64,000 bases of DNA from positions 62,870,085 to 62,934,084 of the forward strand of contig NC_057719.1 of the NCBI RefSeq assembly GCF_004010195.1, in the 5' to 3' direction. The notes below the pieces were generated by a model that worked only from the letters and a program-made list of their open reading frames with translations, was not told where the DNA came from and made no database searches. Origin of the DNA: Chiloscyllium plagiosum. Taxonomy: Eukaryota. Made by a program: the position numbers and the translations under genes. Every line of letters begins with the position of its first letter. Position 1 is the first letter of the stretch. Positions 34,850-47,189 of this stretch are shown in pieces.

Positions 34850-36749
34850 TTGTGTGTTTGTATTAGAATGTTGTAATTGAGAGTGCTTTCAGGAGCCACA
34901 TATACACCAGCATGTTGTGAATAACCTGCTCACCAATGTCAGTTTTGATGGCATCGTAGTCAGGGCTGTGATATTTTACAGTGTTACCAATGGTATATAA
35001 TCTGTCTCAGTGGTAAACTTCAGGTCTAAGCTGAATTCTGCTTTTTATACCAAGTCTAGTTTACTGCTATGTTTCCTTCTCCGTCACTGAATAAATTTTC
35101 TCTGTTTTAGTCACAACATGGATGTACATTAGACTGGTCAATGTTTTCCAACTTTGTAGATTAAAAATGTGCTGTGAATAGTCCAGTTGTTGATGCATCT
35201 GCTCCTAGCATTGTTGGTAGTTTTAGGTCATAGGTCTGGAATGAGATAAGCATTGCCTTTATTCTCTCATCAGACATCATTGACTCTCATGCCAACACCA
35301 TGCTTGATCCTATTGAAGCAATTGTTGCAGTGTTTCAGTTATCTGCTAGACTTGGTAAAAACTTACCCCAACTTGGCTAATCATTCCCATGACTCTGTAC
35401 AGTTCTATGATGTCTTCTGTGACGACAATGTCTTCCAAGTTGTTTCGTCAACATAGTCGGTAGTTTAGATTTTCTTGTCCACAGGCAGTTGCCAAATGCC
35501 ACTGTTCACACCAAGTTGGTGACAATTGTTCTAAATGTCAGCTTCACCACACTGTCCTCCATGGGTACCATTGGGTGGATTACCCTCTCTATTGTTTGGT
35601 TTAGTTGTATGAGATCAACATAAATTTACAGAGCGTTTACTATCAGCTTTGTCATACATGAAATCATTCCCTGATGTACCAATGCCTCAAAGTTTTGCTT
35701 CATAGTCTTCAAAATTGAATGTGGAAATTTACTTGGAGTGAATAAGCACACTGATTTAACCTTAGATTGCAACTAATTTTCACTTTCCAAAGCTACTCAC
35801 CAATTTTGGGAATTCCGTTCTGAATCATTTTTGCTTTCCAAGCCCTCTTTATGTGTCTGCCTAAGGTGCACATTCATTTCTATGCCTGACCAACTGCACT
35901 GATTTCTTTTAAACAACAAAGCCTCCCTGTTGCCTTGAATAATGGTTCGGTTCTTTTATTCCACCCACTGCCTGTCTTGCGAATTCACCCAGTATTTAAC
36001 TGGCGTCAAATCTTCCCTTGATTGTTCAGAGTCTGGTAAGCTTTCTTCCAAAACTCTGACTACAGTATGATCTTTAAAGAGGTCACCTCTATGGTTCCAC
36101 ATTGACAAATATCCACCAATCCATACAGGTTTTTCTTGAAAGAATATATGTTCTCTTGCATTTATTAAATTGCACCTCATTGTTAAATTTCCTCAGAGGC
36201 TGAAATAGGTGTTAAAAGACCCAATAATGTTGTCATACATGGTGATTTCTTTGTTCATACTCTGTCTTAGTAGAACTTCATTTACAGTTCTGCCAGTTGC
36301 ATAGAGCAGGGTACTGACTTGGCCCTTGTTTGGTTTGTCTGCTAACCTTGAAATAGTCATCTGACTTAGTTCGTCATCTCCATCAGTTTTGCCGCTTCCT
36401 GGCTACTTTTGGGTCTTTCATTTACCCAAAAGATTTTGATCATGGCACGTTTTGTCTCATGGCTTCCCATTTCTGATGGTGCTTCTTCAACTGTTCTGTT
36501 TTTAACAAGTGCTCTGCTCCCAGCTGCTTTCCAGTCACTGAGCTTGTTCTCCTGCCTGCAGCTCTGTCCCTTTGCTACTATGCTTTGCCTTTGATACTTT
36601 CCTTTCTGCTGCTGCAGGGTCAGTCACTCGCTGTGACCATCTGTTTTCATGGCGATGGGTCCTTAAAGGGGTTGTGTCTGGGTAACACCCGAGAACTGAC
36701 TGAGCTGGCAAGTTGGCCTGTTTACTTAGTCTTCTGATAACCATTTACA
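34850..36749 (-). mobile_element. Decayed Gypsy LTR retrotransposon (gag-RT-RNase H, deleted)
   Basis: Minus strand: gag DKPNKGQVSTLLYATG..FNTYFSL and DLFKDHTVVRVLEESL..SREDLT; RT IYVDLIQLNQTIERVIHPM..DSVVKL and LGVNSGIWQLPVDK; RNase H ADASTTGL (~35180-35205); short LTR-like TGTAAATGG...AAAACA followed by TGGTCACAGCGAGT (PBS-like). Confidence 0.8.
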
Positions 36750-36809
36750 TTCTTAAGCTTAGCTTAGGCTTCACACAGAATCACCTCTGCCCCCAAATAC
36801 AGCAAAAGT

Positions 36810-37912
36810 TGGACAGCATTCAAGCTTGAGCTGATAAATGATAAGTGCTAGGTAATGACAGTCTTCAGCAAAAGAGAATTTAATTATCTCTCAGTGACAC
36901 TCAATGCTGTTAGTGTTGTTGTATGACCTACCGTCGACATTTTAAGGGTTACCAGCGACAAGAAACTGAATTATATACATAGATTTTTTTAATATATAGA
37001 ATTCCTAGAGTGTGGAAACAGGCCCTTCGGCCCAACAACTCCACACTGACCCTCCAAAGAGTAACCCACCCAGACCCATTCCCCTATATTTACCCCTGAC
37101 TAATGCACCTAACCTAGGCATCCCTGAACATTTATGGGCAATTTTGCATGGCCAATTCACCTGACCTGCACATCTTTGGATTAACCTTTTAATTAGACTA
37201 GCTATATCAATACATGTGCATTAAGTACAAGAGCAAATCAGAAGCTAAGAAGTTTGCAGTGAGAAACTCGTCTCCTGACTCCCCAAACCCTATATACTGT
37301 CTACAAGGCACAAGCCAAGATTGTGACAGAATAATCTCCACTTGCCAAGCTGACTACAGCTCCAAAAGTACTCAACAGATGCTGACACTATCCAGGACAT
37401 CATAACCCTTTTGATTTTCATCGCATTCCCCACCTTAACAATTTACTCCCCCCCCCCCCCCACTCCTTCACCACCATCAATGTACTCAATGCACAATGGT
37501 GCTATTGTGTACCATCTGCAAGATGACTATGGTAACTCACCAATGCTCCTTCTGCAGTACCTTTGAAACCTACAGCCTCCACCACTCAGAAGGACAAGGA
37601 CTGCAGACACATGTGGTCACCACCAGCTGCAGGTTTTGCATTCTTTCTCTCCCTCTGCCCACACCTCCCCACCCTCCCCAAATCAAAAGATCTAACATTA
37701 TTCTCACTTGGAACTATATAATTGTTCCTTCACTGTTGCTGGGTCAAAGCCCTGGAACTTTCTTGCTAACAGTTGTCTGGCTATTTCTACACCAAATGGA
37801 TTACAGACGTTCATGAGGCCCATTCGTTGCCACATTATCAAATGCTGTTAGTGATGGGAAGTAAGTATTGGCTTTGCTGGGGACACTGACATCTTTTGAA
37901 TGAAAAGAAAAA
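36810..37912 (+). mobile_element. LINE family B 3' portion, degraded, split by an HE1 SINE
   Basis: GCTAGGTAATGACAGTC..AGAAACTGAA resumes after ~37185: CTCCTGACTCCCCAAA..CTACAAGGCACAAG..GTGTACCATCTGCAAGATG..GAATGAAAAG. Confidence 0.7.
36998..37181 (-). mobile_element. HE1-type SINE 3' part
   Basis: GTGTGGAAACAGGCCCTTCGGCCCAAC..GCATGGCCAATTCACCTGACCTGCACATCTTTGGA. Confidence 0.85.
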
Positions 37913-38409
37913 ACAGACTTGAAAAAAGCATCCTTCTACTAATTAGACAAGCTAAGAGCTCCAACACAACCCTGATCAGCTGTCCAAATGAATTTGTTGT
38001 TTCTGCCCTGCCATTAGTCTTCATGGCCACAACTGAAGCAGTGAATGTTGGAGTGGGTGATTACATATTATGGATGGGAGTTCATAATTTGATTGAAAGT
38101 GTCAACAGATGGTGAATACTAAACTGTCGCCAGAATGACCTTTCTCTCTGTTCAGCATCATTGCCCAAAGTTTTACAGGTACAGGATCCAAATCTGAGGT
38201 GGGAGCTTGCCAAAACTCACTTGTAATCTCGGGCAACTCAGCACCATCTGTGTTGTGTTCTTGCCAAAAGAGCTCATGGCTATGGATTAATATGAGGCCA
38301 GATGCATATTATCATACTGCGCTGTGCAACGGTTGGTAGTTAAATCCACAGAATAACAATTGAAAAATATCTCACCATTTAAAATTTAATTTCAATCCTT
38401 CCTTTTAAT

Positions 38410-38790
38410 AAGGAACAAAAATGCATTCTAAAGAACTGCAGTGCTCTGTTAGTAGGCTATGTAACACTTTATTTTGCTTAGCCTCTGATAGGATGTTTCC
38501 TTTCATAGGAGTAACTAGAACTAGAGCAAGGTTAAATATAAAGGGTCTCCCATTTAAAATGGAGCTGGAGAGGGAATTTTCTCTCACAGGGTCATTAGTC
38601 TTCAGAACTTTCTTCCACAAAGTGCAGTAAAAATTGGGACTTTAAAAGTATTAAAGGTTATTTGAGAAGGAAGTTGCAAATTATGAGGCAGAGTTAGGAA
38701 ATAGGGCTTAATGTCAAATCAGATCAACCAAGTCTTACCTGAATGGCAGAACAGGCTTAATGCGCCAAATGGTCTCCCCTTGTGCCAATT
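38410..38790 (+). mobile_element. Old CR1 3' fragment
   Basis: DRMFPFIGVTRTR..KGLPFKMELEREF (ORF 38421-38630). Confidence 0.65.
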
Positions 38791-39364
38791 TCTAATGATC
38801 TAACATTTCTATCCAAACCTTGTAGAAAAGGTGGAGGTGAGAAAATTTTCACATAATAGTCCATCTGCTTTCAATATGTATCTCCCCATCCCTCCACTCC
38901 CAAGCTTTCTACTATACAGATGATATTTACAAGTGTGTAAGTTCAATTTAAGTTCAAAGTAACTAAAGCAGTTTAAATTGTAGCCCAGTTATCTCCAGGT
39001 GGGAAATAAGACGGCTGGTATTTTCCTCCCCTCACCAGACTGGACCCTCATGCAGACCCTGTTTTCCTCCTCCAGATCCGTGATCTCCAGCTAGATCCTG
39101 TGATTGCCCAACACACAGTCTGATCTTCAACTCTTCTCCCTCAATCCCGATGGAGTAATCATCACTGACCTCTCCAGTCCTCCATTTTCAAGTGCGAAGC
39201 TTCTCCACCTGCCTGACTGCCAGCCGCTAGATGGAGAAAAGAGACACATGCCACTTGATTTGGAAGACCTCCACATTAACCCAGTTTTCAGATTTCTTGG
39301 CTGTTCACAAGACCTGCCCTCCCCTTGCCCCCCATTTACTCCTTACTTTTGTTCCCAGGCTACG

Positions 39365-39893
39365 GTTATGAATTTGAAGGTGTGTACTGTACCTTTGAGA
39401 GAGTGAATGCTGTTCTGAACTGAGAGATTACAAACACCTGTGTATATGACTAGATGGCAGACCCAGAGTGTACTGGAAAATTGAAAATATGTAATATTTG
39501 GCTATGAACCGGATACCTGAGTTTTGGTTGCTGTTTTGACAACAATTCAAATATAACCAATCAATTTAAATTATGCTTAGGATACTAAAACCCAGTTGGG
39601 TTTGAATTTATTGTTTTGCCAACATCAAACCAATGAGATGATCCGATGTTGGGGGTGGATGGGTATAAAATGTGGACATTTTGAAGGTTGGTCAGAGATT
39701 AACTCCTTAGAGAGCGAAAGTCAAGGAGAGCAAACATCTTGCTCTCAAAGAAATTAGGAAACACACTCTATCAAAGGTACCTTTTCATGTGAAACACACT
39801 CGCAGTAAAAACAAAGAAGATGGCTCAGGGAGATCCTCATCGGGAAGAGTGAAGACACGGAAGAAGACAGCAGCTTTGTGGTTTTGAAATTGG
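39365..39893 (+). mobile_element. Probable LTR fragment
   Basis: Begins GTTATGAATTTGAAGGTGTGTACTGTACCTTTGAGAG, has CCAAT boxes and a GGGTATAAAA TATA-like motif; resembles recalled shark LTRs, 3' end not found. Confidence 0.4.
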
Positions 39894-40529
39894 TCTGGCC
39901 AGTATGTGGCTCAAATCAGATTGATTCTAAAAAGTCTTCTGAAACCACCCAGCGATACATTCAGTTGATAAACCACTTGCAAAGGATGTCCACCACCTTC
40001 TCAAGTCAGCTAGGTGATGGCTAACCAATGTCAGTCTTTCTCATAATGCTCACATCCCAGTAATACATTTTTAAGAATAAATTTTTATTTTTAATTTGCC
40101 TCTAAACTGGAATAAGTCTGTTTTTTCCAGGATTCCCCTCAGCCATCTTTTTACTTGCTTCTCTTTTATTCTATCTCAGATACAATACTAATACATGGTT
40201 AAAAATGCAACCACAAAGAATGCTTTATAAAATCAACAGACATTTCATGTGTAAGGATTCAGTCATCACAGAAGCACTGAACTTTGAATGCAATGACCTC
40301 TGAGCTTTTCTCTCTAGGGTGGTTTGACACAGCTAGAATAATAGATAGGTCAATTACAGTGAGCAGGTGCTGCATTGTAAACGGAGGAAAGATCAATACT
40401 GTTTATTTCATGCACACACCTTTTTGGTGTTTCTTGGGAAACAATATGCTTACTAAGGAATGAAACCATTACACTTTTAAATATTACCAGTAAGGGACAA
40501 GAGTGGTAGAATTGCAGACAGGATAAGAT

Positions 40530-40888
40530 GTGGACATTGTTGGCACCCATATGTCACCCATCTTCATTGCCCTTGAATAGAACATGTAGTAGGCCGCACC
40601 AGTAGGCATTTAAGAGTCACTCCAATTGCTGTGAATCTGACTTCCCATGTAGGGCAAACCAATTAAAGATGGCACATTTCCACCCCTAAAGGACATTGGT
40701 AAGACATTTTTTTTCCAATGATCACCCTTAGCTCCATAGCCTCTTCTTCATAGACTAGCTTTATATTCCATATTTATAAGTTGAATTCAAATTCCATCAG
40801 CTGGCACGGTGGAATTTGATCCCAGAACATTATCTCAGGTCTCTCGGTTACCAGTCTAGTAACACTACCACAACATTGCTGACTCCCC
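40530..40888 (-). mobile_element. tRNA-derived SINE with family-B LINE tail
   Basis: TTAAGAGTCAC..TTGCTGTG..CCCTAAAGGACATT..TTGAATTCAAATTCCATCAGCTG..GGAATTTGA..CCAGAACATTA; siblings at ~22245, ~23300, ~29310. Confidence 0.7.
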
Positions 40889-42344
40889 AGTACTACAGTC
40901 TTGAGTGATGAAGTTTTCAACAATAATTCAGTCTCCTAATTGCTTACCATGACTAATATCCATCTGTGATCAGAGCTTCTCTGTTTGTTGTCCCCATAAA
41001 GGTTTGAATAGGTCAACCAACACTCTCTTTAGCTTTGCTGCATTCGCCCTATGAAATAGGATTCACGGCCTAATTTTATAACTTAGCACATTCTATTGCA
41101 GGGTTCTGAAACAATGGAACTATTTGCCATCCTCGGTCCTCCTTTCTCCTGGTTTCATTAAGCTATTAAGACCTAATATTGCCAACTCTAATCCTTCACT
41201 TGTCTCATCTGATACTTTGATACAGTCCTGCACTTTAAATCTTGACCTTTGATTTCTCAATGCAAAAGGATAAAAATTCAAACTGCTGTTATAGCTCCAT
41301 CAGCAGCCCTTTAAATAACCAACAATTATGATTATGAATGAAAAATTATTATTTTAAATGCTTACAAGAAATGAAAAGGAAAAGAATTGTAAATGAATTA
41401 ATAGAAATTATGATTCTCTGCAGCTTTAAGAACTCTGTTGATCTGAGCTTCATGTTCTAACAGTGACTTTTTAAAAAAATCCACTCTTCCAGTTTGTTTT
41501 ATTCTATTATTTTAAATTTCCATTTAGCATAAGCTTTGTCTAATTCCTGAAGACCAAAAGTCAATGCTTCTTCATTGAGATTTTATTTTCCACTTGGAAC
41601 TCAAACCTGTCGTCTTATTTCTACAGTAACAGTGTCAGAGTCAAATCATTTTGACACTACTTCTGTGTGTTTGTCCATTAGCCTGGAGTAGGGCAGTTGT
41701 ATTCTGTTTTAACAGCTGTGGTTTAGGATCTGTAAGCAAGTTTAAAGCAGACAGATTCAGTTTGTACTTGAGATTAACTCCCCGCTATCAGTCAGGGCTG
41801 TCAAGGATTCCTTTACTAGCAGAAATCTGAGCTTTTGATTCTTTGGACATATCTTTAGTTGAAACAGTACATTCAACAATGGATAACTTTGGGACATTAT
41901 CAGTTTCAATGTACTTGACTACTATCCCTGGAGACAACAAAACGTCATATTCCACTCAGTCATTTCCCAGTGTAAATCGACATGATTACTGGATTATGAC
42001 TCAACTGCAAAATTGTTATTAAGGTACAGTTAAAATTGAGCAGGAAAATAACTTCTATCAATGCTGAGTAACAATATGATTTTATTTAATAAACACTGGA
42101 GAAAAATCATACCTTTGGCTAATATCAGTCTTTGAGCCAATCTGATTTGACGAAGGGCGCGAGATTACATGATATAATAGGGGACGAGGAAGAGACCTTG
42201 CAGACTGAATGTCCATCTTCTGTACTGCAACCATTCTGCAATCTCTACGTCCTCAGCGCGAATGCATTTTTAACTGAATCCATGCTGATGATATGATATT
42301 TATTTTCTCTTTTATCGCATAATTTGTAAATGTTACGTTCGAGT

Positions 42345-43365
42345 CTTAGAGTCATACAGCTTAGAAACAGACCCTTCAGTCCAAGTTGTCCATGCCGACC
42401 AAGTTTCCCAAACCAAACTACTCCCACTTTCCTGCATTTAGCCCGTATCCTCCAAACATTTCCTATTCATGGCCCTATCCGTATGTTTTTTCAGTGTTGT
42501 AACTGTTCCTGCATCTATCACTTTCTCTCACAGTTTATACCACATACGAACAGCCCTCTATATAAAAACATTGCCCCTCAGGTCACTTTTAAATCTTTCT
42601 CCTCCCATCCGAAAAGTATGCCTTCTAGTTTTGAACTCCCCAGCCCTAGGGAGCTATTCACCTTATCTATGCCCCTCATGATTTTATAAATGTCTATAAG
42701 GTCATCCCTCAACTGCCTACACTCCAGCGAAAAAGGTCTCAAGCCGATCCAACCTCTTTTATAACTGAAACCATCCAGGCCTGAAAACATCCTGGTCAAT
42801 CTTTACTGAGCCCTCTCCAACTTAATAACATCCTCACTATAGCAGGACAACCGGAACTGTACACAGTAATCTAAAAGTGGCCTCACCAACATCCTGTACA
42901 ACCTCAACATGACGTCCCAACTCCTATATTCAATGGTCTAAGAAATGAAGACGTAAGTGAGGACTGCAGATGCTGGAGATTAGAGTCGAGAGTGTGGTGC
43001 ATGGAAAAGCACAACAGTATATGTGGCAGCTGAGGAGCAGGAAAATCGAAGGGCTTTTGCCTGAAACATTGATTTTCCTGCTCCCCGAATGCCACCTGAC
43101 CTGCTATGCCTTTCCAGCACCACACTCTCTGTCGAAGCAATGAAGGCAAGCATAATAAATGCCTTCTTAACCACCCTGTTTACCTGTGAAGCAACTTTCA
43201 AAGAACTATGTGCCTAAACTCCTCGGTCTCTGTACTGAACAACACTACCCAGAGCCCTGCCATTGAATGTAGCCAAACTCCATTTGGACCATTGGCTCAA
43301 CTGATCAAGATTCCTTTGTAATCTCAGATAACCTTCTTCAGTGTTGACTATGCCACCAGTTTTAT
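42345..43365 (-). mobile_element. CR1 3' fragment containing a palindromic mini-element
   Basis: ORFs 42578-42799 and 42980-43201 (MKVASQVNRVVKKAF); tail TAGAGTCATACAGC. Confidence 0.88.
42953..43134 (-). mobile_element. Palindromic Penelope-derived mini-element with degenerate 13-bp TSD
   Basis: Arms GAGAGTGTGGTGC..GAGCAGGAAAATC / GATTTTCCTGCTC..GCACCACACTCTC; flanks AAGAAATGAAGAC (42940-42952) and AAGCAATGAAGGC (43135-43147). Confidence 0.8.
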
Positions 43366-43924
43366 GAAGTTAGATTCATATTATGTAAAACTTCTAGGAA
43401 AATTAATATCAATACAAACCTACAGTTCCAATTCTAAATACTTTATTCGATTGAAAATGGCTGCATGACGCTTATGAAACTCCTAGATTAAGATTTCTAT
43501 ACTGTTCAAGTGTATTTAAAAATCAATGTACAGTGTTTCCTTTTGGCAGTCTGTTGCAATTTAAACAGCCATTGTTCAGACTTGTCATTTACTCAATAGC
43601 TATACTTCACTATAGATCCTCATTTATCCTTAATTTGAATGAATTGCGGGAAAGGCTTGGGGTTATTCCAAATGTTGACAGTCTGGTCAAGGGCTTCTTA
43701 CAATTTGAATTTGAAATTAGCTAATTGAAAAATTCAATAATAAAATGACTAATCTCAAAACAAGTCGGGTGGTTGTTTTGAGTGCAGTGTTGTGACAATC
43801 TGAGTATTTGAAGGAGCAAATACTACAAAGTAGAAATTCAGGAATTTTTCATCCTTTCCTTGTGATTATTATGAGCAAATTATTTTCTGTTGTGCTGTGT
43901 GAAGAACTTGGAAAATGGCATATA

Positions 43925-44015
43925 TAAGCAGAAAAGGCTGGAGAAACTCGGCAGGTCTGGCAGCATCAGTGGAGAGAAAACAGAGTTAAGGCTTTGAGTC
44001 TGATATATGACCTCC
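43925..44015 (-). mobile_element. Single-arm Penelope-derived fragment
   Basis: GCTGGAGAAACTCGGCAGGTCTGGCAGCATCAGTGGAGAGAAAACAGAGTTAA. Confidence 0.65.
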
Positions 44016-44019
44016 TCTC

Positions 44020-44200
44020 CACCTTGCAAGTTCCCCTCTAAGCCACACTCCAACCTGACTTTGAGCTAGAATTGCTCGTCCTTCACTGATGTTGGGTCAA
44101 AATCTTGGATCTCTCTGACTAACAGCATATTGGGTGCACCTTCACTACATGGATTGCAGCAGTTCAGAAGCCAGCTCACCACCACTTTCTCTAAGGCAAT
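44020..44200 (+). mobile_element. LINE family B 3' fragment
   Basis: CAAGTTCCCCTCTAAGCCACAC..GGGTCAAAATC..GCTCACCACCACTTTCTCTAAGGCAATT. Confidence 0.7.
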
Positions 44201-44202
44201 TG

Positions 44203-45678
44203 AATCACGGCAATTGAAGCACAGAAACAGGTCCAACTAGTCCATGCCGACCAGATATCCTAAATTCATCTAGACCCTTTGCCAGCACTTGGCCCATATC
44301 CCTCTAAACCCTTCCTATTCATATACCTATCCAGATGCTTTTTAAATGCTGCAATTGTACCAGCCTCCACCACTTCCTTTCACAGGTCCATGCACCAGCC
44401 TCTGTGAAAAATTGCGCCTTAGGTCCCTTTTAAATCTTTCCCCTTTCACCTCGAGGTTTGGATTCCCCTACCCTGGGAAAAAGACCTTGGCTATTCACCC
44501 TATCCAAGCTCCTTCTGGTTTTATAAAGGTCTATGAGGTTACCCTTCAGCCTCCGATGCTCCAGGGAAAACAGCCCCAGCCTATTCAACCTCTTCCTGTA
44601 GCTCAAATTTTCTAACCCCAGCAACATCCATGTAAATTTTTTCTGAGTCCTTTCAAGTTTAACAACATCCTTCCTATAGCAGGCAGACCAGAATTGAATA
44701 CAGTATTCCAAAAGTAGCCTAACCAATGTCCTGTACAGCTGAACCATGACCTCCCGACATCTATACTCAGTGCACTGACCAATAAAGGCAAGTGTACCAA
44801 ACGCCTTTCTCACTACCCTGTCTACCAAATGCCTATCTACCTGTGACTCCACTTTCAAGGATCTATAAGCCTGCAGCCCATGGTCTCTTGTTCGGCAACA
44901 CTTCTCCAGACCTACCATTAAGTGTATAAATCCTGCCCTGATCTGCCTTAACAAAATGCAACACCTTTACATTTCTCTACATTAGACTCCATCTGCCACT
45001 CTTGGATCCATTGGCCCATCTGATGAAGATCCTGTTGTCCTCTGAGATAACCTTCTTCACTGACTACTACGCCACCAATTTTAGTGTCATCTGCAAGCTT
45101 ACTAACCATTGCTTCCATATTTGCATCTAAATCATTTATAGAGATGACAAAAAGCAGTGGGCCGAGCATTGATCCTTGTGGCACTCTGCTGGTCACAGGC
45201 CTGTAGTCTGAAAAACAACCTTCCCCCATCACCCACTGTCTCCTACTTTCTAGGTAACTTTGTATCCAAATGGCTAGCTCCCCCTGGAACCCGTGATCAA
45301 ACCTTGCTCGCCAGTCATTAGTATGGAGACTTCTCATACACCTTGCAAAAGTCCAAAGAGACAATGTCCACTGCCCTGCCTTCATTAATCTTCATTTTCA
45401 CTTCCTCAAAAAAACTCATCCAAGTTAGTAAGACATAATTACCCACGCGCAAAGCCACATTGACGCTCCCTAATCAGTCCTTGCCTTTCCAGATGCATGC
45501 AGATCCTGTCCCTCAGAATCCCCTCCAACAATTTACCTGCCACTGATATCAGGCTCACCAGTCTATAGTTACCCTGCTTTTCCTTACCACCTTTCTTAAA
45601 TAATGGCACAACATTAGCCATTTTCCAGTCTTCTGGCACCTCACCCATGGCTAGCAATGACACAAATACCTCAGCAAA
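44203..45678 (-). mobile_element. CR1 (HER1-like) 5'-truncated copy
   Basis: ORFs 45439-45693, 44948-45385 (VPQGSMLGPLLF..KLADDTK) and 44430-44954. Confidence 0.93.
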
Positions 45679-45884
45679 ATGAAAAATACACACTGGTCAA
45701 ACCAATGATGCTCACGTTCCGGGAATGTGTATTTAAATAATTAGAATCATTAAGAATGAAGATGAAAATAGACTATATAGCAAGAAGTCAGGTGATGTTT
45801 TTGGTCTTCATTAATCTCAGTAAGTTTAAAACTGGATATGGGAAATAGGCATGACCACTCTCTTTATTGCAGGAAAATGTTACA

Positions 45885-46472
45885 TTAGATGGGCTGAAAA
45901 GTGGCAGGTGGAGTTTAATTCAGATAAATGCGAGGTGTTGCATTTTGGGAAAGCAAATCTTAACAGGACTTATACACTTAATGGTAAGGTCCTCGGGAGT
46001 GTTGCTGAACAGAGAGACCTTGGAGTGCAGGTTCATAGTTCCTTGAAACTGAGTCACAGGTAGATAGCATAGTAAAGAGGGCGTTTGGTATGCTTTCGTT
46101 TATTGGTCAAGAGTATTGAGTACAGGAGTTGGGTGGTATGTTGTGGCTGTAAAGGACATTGGTTAGGCCACTGTTGGAATATTGCGTGCAATTCTGGTCT
46201 CCTTCCTATCGGAAAGATGTTGTGAAACTTTGAAAGGGTTCAGAAAAGATTTACAAGAATGTTACCAGGTTTAGAGGATCTGAGCTATAGGGAGAGGCTA
46301 AACAGGCTGGGGATGTTTTCCCTGGAGCTTCGGAGGCTGAGGGGTGACCTTATAGAGGTTTACAAAATTATGAGGGGCATGGATAGGATAAATTGGATTG
46401 GGATATCTGGTCGGCATGGATGGGTTGGACCGAAGAGTCTGTTTCCATGCTGTACATCTCTTTGACTCTATG
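45885..46472 (+). mobile_element. CR1 3' fragment with internal deletion
   Basis: WAEKWQVEFNSDKCEVLHFG; RRLRGDLIEVYKIMRGMDRIN joined directly to the 3' UTR. Confidence 0.92.
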
Positions 46473-46561
46473 TTCATTTTAATTGGACTTATTTTAAAGA
46501 ACACTAATATAGGAAATCAAATCCAACTTACTTAAAACATTGTCATGACAATAACAGTGTT

Positions 46562-46638
46562 GCAAGGTTTGTGAAGGTTTGTAGCTCAGGTTGAGGTTTA
46601 GGGTGTAGGTTTGCTCGCTGAGCTGTAAGTTTGATATC
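46562..46638. mobile_element. 77-bp insertion (Penelope-like terminus) with 13-bp TSD
   Basis: Flanked by CAATAACAGTGTT (46549-46561) and CAATAAGAGTGTT (46639-46651). Confidence 0.6.
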
Positions 46639-46669
46639 CAATAAGAGTGTTATTAAGAATTACAGCAGT

Positions 46670-47005
46670 TGCAGCTGTAACTCAGTGGAATACAGTCTCA
46701 GTCCTAAATCCAAAGGTTGCGGATTTTGATTCCACATGCACCAGGAACTTGAATACATAAGTCAAGCTACCTGCTGGCATAATACTTAGTGAATGTTGCG
46801 CTGTTGAAGATGCCACCCATCAGATGAGATGTTAAACTGAATACCTAGCTGCCCTCTCAGATAGAGATGAAAGATGCCAGAGCAAGGGATTTATCCCCAG
46901 TATTCTGGCTGATGTTTATCAGTCAATCCATGTCATAAAAACCTGGTCGATATCATATTGCTGTTGGTGAAAGCTTGCAGTGCATAAACAGGCTGCTGAT
47001 TTTTC
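46670..47005 (+). mobile_element. Deu-domain SINE (SacSINE1/AmnSINE1-like)
   Basis: tRNA-like head TAACTCAGTGG..TTGATTCC; CAGATGAGATGTTAAACTGA..CTGCCCTCTCAG..AAAGATGCC..ATTGCTGTTGGTG..GCTTGC..GGCTGCTG, matching the recalled Deu domain. Confidence 0.75.
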
Positions 47006-47189
47006 AAAATTTTAATTTTATACTGTAACAACCCGATAAGGAGTGATGAATGGCTCTGCCTTTGGGTGCTTGAGATTTAGCGCTGCCACCACTCTTCCTG
47101 TCTGTGTTTAGTTGAAGCATCACCTATTTATTGGGAGCGAGGATGAATTACCAGTGAGTTTCAACAAGAAGAGCCTTTCTTTCACATCA

